NCBI GenBank assembly: GCA_010405405.1
Contig: MU004233.1
Coordinates: 1,563,122 to 1,627,121, forward strand
Length of the DNA: 64,000 nt
DNA from: Microthyrium microscopicum
Taxonomy: Eukaryota
Direction of reading: 5' to 3'
The notes beneath the pieces were generated by a model. It was not told the origin of the DNA and ran no database searches. It worked only from the letters and a program-made list of their open reading frames with translations. Shown piece by piece: positions 40,873 through 53,200 of this stretch (position 1 is the stretch's first letter; each line of letters begins with the position of its first letter). Position numbers and translations under genes: made by a program.

Positions 40873-42240
40873 CTTTAATACCTATATAGTAATTAATAAG
40901 CGCGTAGGTCACGTAGAAGCTACCCTTAGTAATACTAGAGTGCAATAAGAAGAAATTAGCTACTAGCTACTTAGACATACGACTATAAACTAATTAGTAT
41001 CTAAATGCGTAGAACTAGACTAGAATTAGTTAAAATAAGTACTTACGACTTATAAAGAGTTACTACGTACTTATAAGTATACTAAATACTACTATAAAGT
41101 ATACGCTTATCCTTATAGGATAATTTGTTCTAAGAATTATTCTTAAGAGTATAAATAACCTTATTAATTATAACGCAAACTAAAATAAGCTTAGCCTTAT
41201 TATAAAGGTCTTTATAAGGAACAACCTACCTATATTAGTATAATATAATGTAAAATAAGCTAGAATAGGATATTACCTCTAAATAATCCTTAGTTAACTT
41301 TGTATTAAGGCATTTAATAAAGTACTTGCTTAAACTAACTTGCTAAGCATAATAATAATCTAAGTTAGGAATAAGGCAGAGTTTAGTAGTTAAAGGAGGA
41401 GAGAAATATACTACATAGACCTCTATATAATACTAATAAGGATTTAGGGTTAAGTAGTACTATAATAAGCTAAGTAAGGCTATAATGCTCTTATTAGCGT
41501 ATTCCTACTCTATCTTATCTTTAGAGACTACTTTAGTAAGGTCTATAATATTAGTAGTTAAGATTTAGTCATTATAGGACGTATTAATATTATTATTAGT
41601 ATTAATAGTTACTATAGTCTTGCTAGAATTAAAGTTGCCCTTAGTAAGGACCTAAGAGCCTTTAATGAAATCTTTAAGTAACTTATTTATATTAATGCCT
41701 ACTTTAAATAAAGATAGGTTTAAAAGTATATAGGTTAGTTAAGATAAGTTATTAAAGGTTAGAAGGGTGTAAAGTATACTAAAATAGGTTAAGAGGACCT
41801 AAGGAGGCGCTAAGTAGCCTAATAACTAAGAAGAGAAAATTTATAGTTACTAGAGAGGAACCTATAACGCAAAATAGGTTAGTAATAGTAATCTTTATAT
41901 ATATTTACAAAACTATAGAATTTCTACTTACCTTAAGATTTAGAGTATAAAAGATAAGAGATAGAGAATTTAGAGTAAGAAGGGTTATTTTATACCTAAA
42001 TCTCTCTACCTTCTTAAAATGGCTAAGTATTAACGTAATAGTACTTAGTAAAGACTTATAAGAGCCTTCTATAGTAAAAGGAAGTTATGCGTAGTATAGT
42101 AAGTACTTAAAGGGATTATAACTTCCTAAATAGAAAGGTACAATCCTAGCCTTAGAGTCTCTAAACTTTTAAGTAAGGATTTAAATACCTTACTATAAAT
42201 AACGTAAAATGACCCTTAATTAGACGCAAGAAGCGTTAAA

Positions 42241-42302
42241 ATACATATATAAGGGATACCCCTTTAAGAACCCTTTTTAACGCAAAACGGAGTTAAAATG
42301 CG
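42241..42302 (+). repeat. 62-bp direct repeat, copy 2
   Basis: Matches 32367-32428. Confidence 0.88.
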
Positions 42303-42984
42303 CCTCTAATCTAGAGCTAAATAAGGCTTATAGAGTAGTTTTACATATAAGTTATAGCTACCTAACCTACTATAAAGCTAATTATACTAAACTAATACAA
42401 ATTTAGTATATCTAATATAGTGTAACTAATTAAGTTAAGCCATATATATTTTAATAACTAGATAACCTATACTATATATAGGATAACTATCTAGTAGTAT
42501 TTTAATAAGATCTAATTAAATATAAATAGTAGCACTACGCTACGTTTATAGATAGCTTAATATAGCTCTAATAAAGCTAGTATTAACTAATCAAAACTCT
42601 AATAGAGCTAGTAATTACTTATTAGATATCTTATAGATATATTAGACCTTAATAACTAGACTCCTTTGAGTTTAAGTTAATATAGTTAATTATAACCTAA
42701 GACTAGTAGAAAATAGAGAGCTATTTATCTAGAGTAGGTAAAAAATAGAAAGCTATCCATCTAGAACGAGTTATATACTAAAGCTAGAGAATAAGAATAT
42801 TACTAAGCTATAGAAGACTCCTTAAGGTATAGGTAGCCTAATCCTATACGTTTAGTTAAGCCTTATCTTCTCCTAAGTCTTAGTATAATAGGGTATAGTT
42901 AAAAGCTATATATAAGTATAAGAAATATCTAATAAAACCTTTAAATATGCTCTTTAGGACGAATAGCCTTAAGAAGGGGGATAA

Positions 42985-43252
42985 TATTAGGAACTAGGAT
43001 ACCTCTAGTTTAAGATAACTACCAATAGGACACGTCTACATAGAATAAAGCGTTATTAGTTAAGTTAACTAATAACGACCTATTATAAACATAGATAGCT
43101 TAGCAGAGTCCTTATAGCTCTAAGTAATAAAGAAGAGGAATTATAAGGGTCTAAGTAACTTCCTAGTAATTACTCTTATCCCTATTTTTATATGTCTACT
43201 TGAACTATAATAATTATAGTCTTTACCTACTTAGAACAACCCATTTCTAACA
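42985..43252 (+). repeat. 3' LTR of element 2
   Basis: Follows the PPT, ends in CA and is followed by TSD TCTAC (43253-43257). Confidence 0.92.
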
Positions 43253-46200
43253 TCTACTTATATAAATATAAAATCCTATTTTTAAATCCTAATAGATTTA
43301 ACCTACTAGTATAGTAAATACGCAAACTCTTAACCTTTAATCTTACTAGAAGCTTAGACTTTTAGCATCTAATTAAAGGGCTTAAAGAACCTTAATTAAC
43401 CTAGAACTTCTATTCTATTAGACTTATAGGTTAATAATCTTCCTTTATTATTACTACTTCTCTCTACTACTATACCTATAATAAGACTTTACTTATTTTA
43501 CTATACTATAATAAGCCCTAAAGACGAACTATAATAAATTAGACCTTTTACTCTTTTCCTTAAATTACTTATTATACCTTTATAATCTATTTATACTTTA
43601 TCTTAAGACTTCTTAGCGCTTACGCTTATTACTTATATTTACTTTATATTAAACCCTTATCTTATTATAAGAGATACTAGTAAGACTTATAGAACTTATT
43701 CTATATCTTATCTTTATAAGTAATAGCAATTAGGGACTTAGAATACTACTTAGTTTATAATTATGCTACCTTATACTTAGATTAATAGTAATAATAATAA
43801 CGCTATAATAAAACTACCTCGTAGCTAAGCTTTATACTATAATTCCTTATACTCTTATTATAGCTCTATAGCTAAGGCACCTCTACTATTTAATGTCTTA
43901 AAAATTGCTAAGAGTAGCTATATCTATAGCTAATTATAATTCTAAAATAAAAATAAAGAGAAGGCATCCTCTACTAATTCTTTAATTACTACTCTCTAAT
44001 TAGTAGACTAGGCTTAGATTAAAGAGTTACTATTAAACTACTAGATATCCTCTTACCTTATTACCTACTAATTAATTACTCTAAATAAGAAGAATTAAGT
44101 ACCCTTAGCATAACTCTTTTATAAAAAAGTTACCTTCTAAGCCTAAGAAACTATTCCTCTAAATAGTACTATTAAAAGCGTTTCTCTAGACCCTATACTT
44201 ATACGTTATACTTAAAGTAACTTATATTTAGAAATTATTAAGACTTATAAAGAATTCCTTTATAATATTACTATATTACTAGAACTTTAGTTTAAATAGC
44301 TACATAATTATATTAAATTAGCCTAAGTAGCTAATCTCTATATTTAAGAAACCTACGCCTAACTAAATAATATAATAGATACTTACTAATACTATAAGTA
44401 AGGTATTAAAGATATAACTAATAAACTTAATAATACTATAGTTATAACTAATAAAGTATATATAAAAGTAGATTAACTTTACTAATAACTTAACTACGTA
44501 ATTAAAGCTAACTATAAAAATAATAAACGCGTCCTTTACTTAGAGAATACCTATAATATAAATTAATAGGAACTTAATAAAGTACTTAATAATATTAAAT
44601 AACTATATACCTCTTATACTAAGAAGCGTAATAAGATTATAGCTCTTTACCTCTAGAATAAAGATCTTAAAGACTAGCTTAGTTAGTTTATATATAAGTC
44701 TAAAGAGACTATCTACTAACTTAATTTTAATAATAAGTAAGTAATGCCTCCCCTTTATTAATAAGTCTTTTATATTTAAACTAATAGTCTAACCCTAGTA
44801 ATATCTAGATTCTTAGTTAGTAATAAAAGTAAGAAATATAAATAAAGTAATCTAAGTAAATACTCTAGTTATAACCCTAAATAATATCTTACGTAAAAGC
44901 TTTACGTTAAAGACTATTTTTATAATAAATAAGCCTCTTTCCCTACGAAATTAGATACTACTATTTAAATACGTAGTAAGACTCTTAATATTACTCTTAA
45001 GTTTATTAAGAATCGCGCGTAATATAAATTACTAAACCTATACTCTAATATAATAGAGTTCTAAAAGAACTTAAATTAATATACCTAGAAGCGCAATACT
45101 TATAAAGATACTATTACTTAGTTATAAAATTCCTTAAACTAAATAAAGAAGACTAAGAAGCTTGCTCTATATATTACTAAGTTTAATAGTAAAATTACTA
45201 ACGCTAGCCTTATAAAAGTAGATAAGGTTACTTATCTTAAATATATAATTATTAAAGAAATTACATAGTGCCTATTCCTTTCTAAGGCTACTACTATTAC
45301 TAAATATATTAATAAGTTATAAATTATTAACTAAAACCTTAAACGCAAAACTAATAATAAGGATAAGCTATCTAGTAATTAAAATAATAATAATAGTAAC
45401 TAAATTAATAACTAAATTAATTACGTACTATACTATAAAGTTACTCTATACTAACGTCTAATATAAGATTATTACTATACTTAATATAACGAACAAGGTT
45501 ATAACTATAAAGATAAAAACTTAAAGTATAAAGATAAGCTAGCCCTCTCTAATTCTAATATCTCTACTAAGCTTACTAGCATTTATCTATAGCAAGATAA
45601 TACCTAACTATAAAACTTAACCCTATAGTATAATTACTTATTAATATATAATAATTATTACTACTAAGACTAAGGAAACTAGACGCTCCTCTATAACGCT
45701 ACGTAGAGAAGCTAAATAAAATAGAAGCGTATAATAAATAATAAAAACGTTAAATAGAGGCTATTATTAACTACCTAAGTAACTCTAAGACTAAAAGTAA
45801 CCCTATAGGCATAGCTATTATCTATATATTAGTAGCCTACGTTCCTATTAACTAATTACTAAAATATTTCATTCTAAAGATAGGCTAATAGTAAAGCATT
45901 ACTAGTAATATTCTTATTAATAATAACGCGTATACTAAAATAAAAGTCCTAATTAATATAGGTAGTAATACTTTTAGTATTATTAATCTTTATTACCTTA
46001 AAATTTATAATATTCTATTAGTAGAAATAACTAGACCTTACTACGCTAAAATAGCTAATAGCTACGCTATTATAAAGATAACCTATATAGTAGCTATTAT
46101 ATTACGCATTAGTATCTACCTTAAGTAGATTCTTTACTTCATAATAGAAGTTACTAACTATAATATAATCCTTAGTAACCTATAAGTAAATAAACATAAA

Positions 46201-48768
46201 GTTACGCTTTAGGGAGGCTAACGTATATTAGGCTTCTACTTTAAGCATTATATAAAGTACTACATAGCTTTTTATTACTTAATTACTATTAACTATAAAG
46301 GTTAAATAGTTATAAATAAATAATAAGAAAATACTCTTAATATCTATATAGTATTACTATAAGTCTTTATAACTATAATATAGCGTAAAAATTACTACTT
46401 TATAGCCCTTTACTAAAAAGACTTTAATGCCTTAGAAGAAGAAGAAGACCCTAACCCTATTCCTTAGCAGAACGTTACTAGCATTGCTACAATCTCTATT
46501 AAAGACTATACTAAATAGCGCAAAAAGCTTAACTATAACTTACTAACGTAAGAAGAGTTACTAAAATTAATACTATTAGAATTTTATCACTATGTCTTTT
46601 TATTTAACCTTTATTAAGTTAATAAGCTACTACTATATTAACTAGGTTTTAACTATACTATTACTACTAACCTAAATATAAAAACACTTATACGTAAATC
46701 CTATAGTATATCTTATTAATAAGTATAGGTCGTTAAGGAATATATTAAGAATATACTTAGAAAAAGCTTTATCTACCTAAGTACTTCTTACTATGCTATA
46801 CTTATATTATGTATTAGTAAACTAGGCAATAGTATTTATATCTACGTTAACTACTATAGACTTAATAAAATTATACTAACTAACTAAAACGTACTACTAC
46901 TTTTAATAAAGACTTTAACAAAGATCTATAAAGCGAAATTCTTCTTATAATTTAACGTTATTACTACCTTTAATAACATTTAAATTCATAAAGAAGATAA
47001 ATATAAGACCGCGTTCTTAACGTAATATAGACTCTTTAAAACCTTAGTAATACTATTTAGTATAATAAGATTACTAAGAAGCTTTTAATTCTATATTAAT
47101 AGCGCTATGCGTAAATACCTTAATAACTTTATTATAGTCTATCTTAATAACGTTCTTATTTAGAGTAAGACTAAAGAGGAGCATATTACCTACATTTACC
47201 TAATCCTTAATAAGCTTAAAAAAGCTAGACTCTACCTTAATATTTCTAAATCTAAGTTTATAATCTAATTAGTTAAATATCTTAATATTATTATTATACC
47301 TAATAGAATCTAAATAGATAAGAAGAAGGTTAATACTATACTTAACTAGTATTACCCTATCTTTCTAAAGGACGTCTAGATATTTTTTAGTTTTATAAAC
47401 TTTTATTATTATTTTATTAAAGGATACTTAAAAATTATTATACTACTTACTATACTAACTAAAAAGGACGCTCCTTTATATTTTCTATAAAGTAAGACTA
47501 AACCTAAAGAATAAGCGTTTAACGCCTTAAAGAAGGCCTTTACTACTACTCTAATCTTTTATTACTTTAACCTTAACGCTAAGACTTAAGTTAAAACTAA
47601 CGCCTTAGACTAGGTAGTAGTAGCTATTCTTTCTTAAAAAGGCGTAGATAGTAAGCTTTATCTAATAGCTTTCTTCTCTAAAAAGATAACCCTAACGAAA
47701 TATAATTATAATATCTATAATAAAGAGCTACTTATAATTATATAAGCGTTTAAAGAATAAGAACCTAAATTATTTTTAACTTTTAACCTTATATAAGTTT
47801 TTACTAACTATCTTAACTTACGTACTTTTATATTAACTAAAAAGCTATTCTACTATTAAGCTTAATAAGTAAAGTTTCTCTCCTAATTCTAGTTTAAGAT
47901 TAAATATTATAATAGTCTTTCTAATATAAAAGTAGATACGCTAACTTAGAGATTATAGAATTTTCTAAAATCTAATAATAATCTATAGATTGCTTAATAA
48001 ATATAACTAATCTTTTCTCCTTATAACTTTAATACCTACTATAAGATATCTTACTCTTATAATACTTAATATACTATTAAGATTACTATCTTTTTTATTA
48101 ATAGCAAACAACCTATAATAATTAAACTTATTATAATTATTATTAATAAAGTTAACGTACTAACTATAGAAGGCGAGCTAATTAATTAACTAACTATAAA
48201 GAGTTCTACCCTAATCCTAAGCAAGCTAATTAATTACCTTAAGATAAATAGTGCGCTAGCTAACCTAGAGACATTATAGAAAGATATTATTAAGGCTAGC
48301 TAATTAGATAAGCTTATCTAAGTAATTTATAACTCTAAGGTAGTATAATTATATTACCTACTATATAGCACTCTAGAGAAGAATTTAATTAAACTTAAAG
48401 ACTACTAAGTACTTACTAATAATACTATTTAATATAGATAATAACTCCTTATCCTCCTTACGAGACGTTTTTAATACTATGCTATTATATATATATATAA
48501 TTATAAGGTTATAAGTTATAATAGTATAGCTTCTACGTACTAGTACCTTTACTAATTTTACTTCTAGCTTTATATAACTAAGGACGTAAAGCACTATATT
48601 AAAGTATATAAGTATACGTTCTCTAAACTAATTAAGTAAAAGAAGTAGGGTTTCCTTTACTTATTCTTATTACTTAACTATACTTAGTTTAATATTTCTA
48701 TTAACTTTATAGTTACCTTACTACTCTATATTTACTTTAGGATTATCTACTACTACATTATAGTTATT

Positions 48769-48781
48769 NNNNNNNNNNNNN
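48769..48781. other. Assembly gap (13 N) inside the integrase of element 1
   Basis: Run of N in the sequence. Confidence 0.99.
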
Positions 48782-50096
48782 TATTCTCTCTAACTATAGT
48801 TTATAATTTATATCTATATTTTAGTAATGTTTCTACGAGCATATTAATATTATTATTTACCTAACTACTACTTAGTACCTATAAGGTAATAATATTATAA
48901 AAATATTAGTTATAGTACTAAAAGCTTACCTTAGATACTTTATTAACTAGTAATAAAACGACTAAGTAGGATTACTACTATTTACTAAATTTAAAGCTAA
49001 CTATACTATCTATACCTTTACTAAAATAAATCCTTTTTACGTACTTAATAGTTATCTTCCCTAATTAGGATTAGAACTAATGCCTCTAAAAGCCCTCTTA
49101 GGAACTAAGCTAACTTAGACTAAGTAATAGCTTACTAACTAGTATCTCTATACTTATATTAACCTTTATAAATACCTTTATAAATAGATCTTATAGTCTA
49201 CTACCCTTATAGAAGAGTAAGCTAATAAGACTTATTAACTAGTACTAAACCTTAAACTAGGCGATTAAGTATAACTTAATACTCGCTATTATAAATCTCT
49301 CTAACTATTAAAGTCCCTTAATAATAAATCTACTAGACCTTTTAAAATTATTAAAAAGATTAATATCCTTACCTATAAGCTAGAATTACTAAAGAAGATA
49401 AAGATTTACTTAATCTTCTACGCTTAGCTACTCTACCTTATCTTTAAATATACTATAGTATTCTAAGAACCTAATAACCCCCCTTTAATTATAAATATAG
49501 ATAACAATATAAAATAAGAATAAGTAGTTAATTATATTATTAATAGTAAGATAGGCATTATAAAGGGCTTTAATAAAAAGAAAGTCTTATAGTATAAAGT
49601 TTAGTTTATAAAATAGAACGACTAGAACTACAACCTTAACTAGTAATTATAATTAGATCTTAACTCTTACCTAGAGCTAGTTGCTAAATATTATAACTAG
49701 AACCCTAATAAACTTAAACTATACTCTATATTTATAAACCCTTAGAAGAAGAAGAAGAAGAAATATAATTTAGATAGAATTCCCTTAGAATAGTAAAAGA
49801 ATACTACTACGCGTACCTTAATACTTAGTCTATAAACTAGAGTATTCTAAAGATATCTTAAGGTTTATTAATACTTCTTAATAGTTACTTTAGTAGGCTA
49901 GAGGGTAGTATAAGAAATAGGTATATATAGTAGTTATATATAAAAGAAGGTTATTATCTTTACTTTTATTACTTTTATATTTTATATTTTATACCCTAAA
50001 AAAGCGTTAGAATTATAGGACTATATAACTTAATTATAAATCTTATCCTTTTATAAGTTTTTAGCTTAGGAGCGCTAATCTTAGAGGAGGGAGTAT

Positions 50097-50298
50097 TATT
50101 ATAGATTTATTACTATTAATCTTATTATAATATTATTAACATCCTTTATTACGTAATACTAAAGGCTTAGCACCTAAGGATTATCTAGTATAGCTTACCT
50201 ACAACCATTCCCTACCCTCTCTCTTAGATTCTTTATATTAGTTTTCTTAAATTATATCTACTATTAGCTTGCACCCTTGCGCCCATAGGTCCCTAATA
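50097..50298 (+). repeat. 3' LTR of element 1
   Basis: Preceded by the purine tract AGAGGAGGGAG and followed by TSD ATAAC. Confidence 0.92.
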
Positions 50299-53200
50299 AT
50301 AACTAATATATTGTCCTTAGCCTTTATTTTAAGTATAGGGAATCCTATAGGCTTATTAATAAAGCTAGTATCCTTAGTAGGGATTACGATAGTAAATAAT
50401 TAGAAGTAAGTAGCTATAATCTTATAGATAAAGAATTAATTAATTTAGCTAGTACGTATCTTACTATCTTAAGTATATTAAATAAAATTACTAAGACTAA
50501 GAGCTATACGACGCTTAGAAACCTTAAAGTAAGTTAGTAATATATAGTAAAATTATAAAGAATTATTAATAAATACTATAGAGAGCTATAGAAAGGAGGA
50601 AGAGTAATAAAGAAAATAATAATATAAAAAGAAGGTTAAAGTTTATAAGGATAAAAAAAGTAAAAGGGTAATAAAAAGGATAAAGGTAATAAAAAAGATA
50701 AAGGTAATAAAAAGAATAAAAGTAATAGATATACTTAGAGGTATATATTACTTCTAATTAGTAGTATGTTACTTTAAGTACTTATAAGTCCTAAAAGGTA
50801 GTTTTCTTATACTATTTAAGTAGTAAGTTTCCTAAGTTAAAAAGGTTTAGACGATTATAGTTATTATTATATACTTTAATAATTATATCTCTTAAGTAGT
50901 AATCTACTTAGTTACCTTTTACTAAGAGATATAGGTTATCTTTAATATAGTAGTTAGTTTAATGGCTTGTAATAGATAGGAATAGATAAGCATTATTACT
51001 ATAGATTAGCTCTTTAATAGTAGTGTTAGCTCTAAGATTCTCTTACTTAGATTATAGTATTAAGGTATAAAAGATAGATAGATATAACTTATAAAGCTTC
51101 TGTAGCTTTTTAGTTAACTTAGGCTCTTTATGCTTATATAAACCTATAAGAATAAATTAAATAGTTTAAAGGAATATTTTATATTTAAGTAGATTATACT
51201 TAGGGTTAATATAATTAGTATAGTAAATAAAGGTCTTATAGAGACTAAAATTAAATATTAGCTAGAGCGTATAGATTAAGTTAAGATTAGAATATACTAA
51301 TACTAATCTTTACCTATTAGGACGTTTACGTTAGATAGTAGGCTAAGCTCCTCTAAGAACTAGTACTAATATAAACTAAGATATACGTTAGGATAAGCTT
51401 TATTATAATACTATATAATAGTATAGATCTTATGCTTTGCTACTTCCTATTAGGCTAGATTTATAATACTAGCTATCTAAGTAGTAGCTTCTAATGGGAC
51501 ATTAGCTATAGTTCCTTCCTTACCTTTATCTTTAGATATTTTATTATTTAGTTTATTAAACTATAGAATACTTAGAGTAGCGATTAATTGACTATAAGAG
51601 GTAGCATAACCTTAACCTTAACTACCTTAACCTCTATTACGACTAGTACTAGTAGATAAGGTAGTTATAGATTTATAAGTAGAGCTATATAAACCTTAAG
51701 TAGTACTAGGAATAAATAAAGCTTAAGTTTTACTAGTCTTACTACGTTTATTAAATTTGCTATAACCTTAAAAGCTAACGTTATAGCTATATAGATTTTG
51801 CTCTATAGATATAATAATAGCCTTAAGAAAAATATAAAGGATTTTGTAAACTTATAAAATATTTTATATAAATATACTACGTACCTCTTAAGCTATAAAC
51901 TTACCTATTAAAAGGATATTAGACTTAGTAAGTCTAGTAGACGTAGTAATAAAGAAATAGGCTAGTATAGTGTAGTTAATTTCATTTTTCTCGTTATTAG
52001 TAACCTTATTAGTAATAATATCTTATAAAGTATTAATATAGTGCTTCTTAATATATTTACTTTAAAGCTAGATATAGAGTAGAATAAGGGTAATAATTAA
52101 CTATTAAGTATATTCTAAGAGGCAATATAATCTAAGATATTAAATTAGAGAAGATAGATAAGGCTAATCTATAAGAAATAAAAATAAACGTAGTATCTTT
52201 ACGTAGTTAGTAAAAGCTACTAATATAAGAATAGCCTTAATTAAGATAGAATATATAAGTAAAGTTATGCTCTTATATTTAGAATAGGCTAAATTTAGTA
52301 AGTAGCTTATAATTAGGTTAAGTATTAGAGTAAGTACCTTAATAGCTAGAGGTTTTTTATAAATACCCTACTTCTTAGAGAATACCTTTTTCTTTATTAT
52401 AATTATAACGTTATCTATAAATTTATATTAATATATAGCCTTAGAATAGAATTAGCTATTATTAAAGATATTATAATTTAGATTAATATATTTAGTTATA
52501 GTAATAAAATATATACGATAAGAGTAGTTTCTACTTAGACTAACTAGGCTATAGTTTAAATTTTATTAAAAGTAGTTACTAATAAAGAATAGAGTAAGTA
52601 CGTAGAGGAAGACGTCCTTACTATTAATCTAAAGCTTAACTTCTTTATTAAGTTAAGTAATAGACTTTAGAGCGTTAAATATCTCTAATAAACTACTACT
52701 ATAGGGTCTTAAGGTAAGTAAAAAGATATTAGATTAATAAGCCTACTCTTTAAATAAAAAGGTAGTAATAATAGTATATATTTCTATTAAAGAGTAATAT
52801 ATATTTATATATAAACTAAACCTATTAATAAATATAAGGATAAGAAATAAGATAACTTTACGCTAGTTAAGATTAAATTAATTAATAAGTACTTAACGCC
52901 TAAAGTGTTTAATTTTAAAGAGACTATAAATTAGTAGGCTCTTAAAGAAGGGCTAAAGTTCTTATTGTTTAGTATTCTAAATCTAATAGATATACTACTA
53001 AGCCTTCTTATTCTTATAGAATTTAATAAGAGCTTTACCTTTAGTAGGATGTAAATTAATAGAGAGAAATAGTTTATAATTAATACTATACTCTTTATTA
53101 ATATAGAACATACTATTACTAAATTAATATAATATAAAGGACTTAAGAACGAAAGTAGTATTATTTTTAATAATAACTATTTCACCTATAACTATAAGAG

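Larger units (their letters stand above)
32699..42080 (-). pseudogene. Multi-intron antisense accessory gene of LTR element 2, split by element 3, product unknown, ends approximate
   Basis: Minus-strand intron signals at 41931-41862, 41276-41230, 41046-40983, 40980-40935 and 32969-32918 (GT donor, CTAAY branch, TAG acceptor, 46-70 nt). Exons read as acidic protein, the last ending ..FATKKRK.. Confidence 0.65.
26757..43252 (+). mobile_element. Ty3/Gypsy chromovirus LTR retrotransposon 2 (~8.8 kb net), inserted in the leader of element 1
   Basis: 268-bp LTRs at 26757-27024 and 42985-43252 (TG..CA visible). TSD TCTAC. PPT AAGAAGGGGG. De-RIP gag (~27090-28330), RT (APILF.KKKDG.LRLC.DY.GLN ~29200; YLDD ~29545), RNase H, integrase and chromodomain (YLVKWKGY.E.E.TWEP ~31915-31965). 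Confidence 0.93.
26477..50298 (+). mobile_element. Ty3/Gypsy chromovirus-type LTR retrotransposon 1 (~7.3 kb net), RIP-degraded
   Basis: 202-bp LTRs at 26477-26678 and 50097-50298. TSD ATAAC (26472-26476, 50299-50303). Polypurine tract before 50097. De-RIP RT (CVDYRGLN, YLDD ~47140), RNase H (ETDASD, YDKEL), integrase and chromodomain-like relics at ~45900-49750. Confidence 0.93.

Noticed and set aside
50640..50740. Plus-strand purine repeat that de-RIPs to an acidic DEGDEE tail
   Set aside because: It lies inside a minus-strand intron (~50785-50523) of the CMC transposase, whose frame resumes sensibly on both sides. No plus-strand gene is needed.
51896..51906. Minus-strand GGTAAGT as a splice donor
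   Set aside because: The transposase frame reads through (..LLMGKF..) to the downstream RPNVH motif, so no intron is required.
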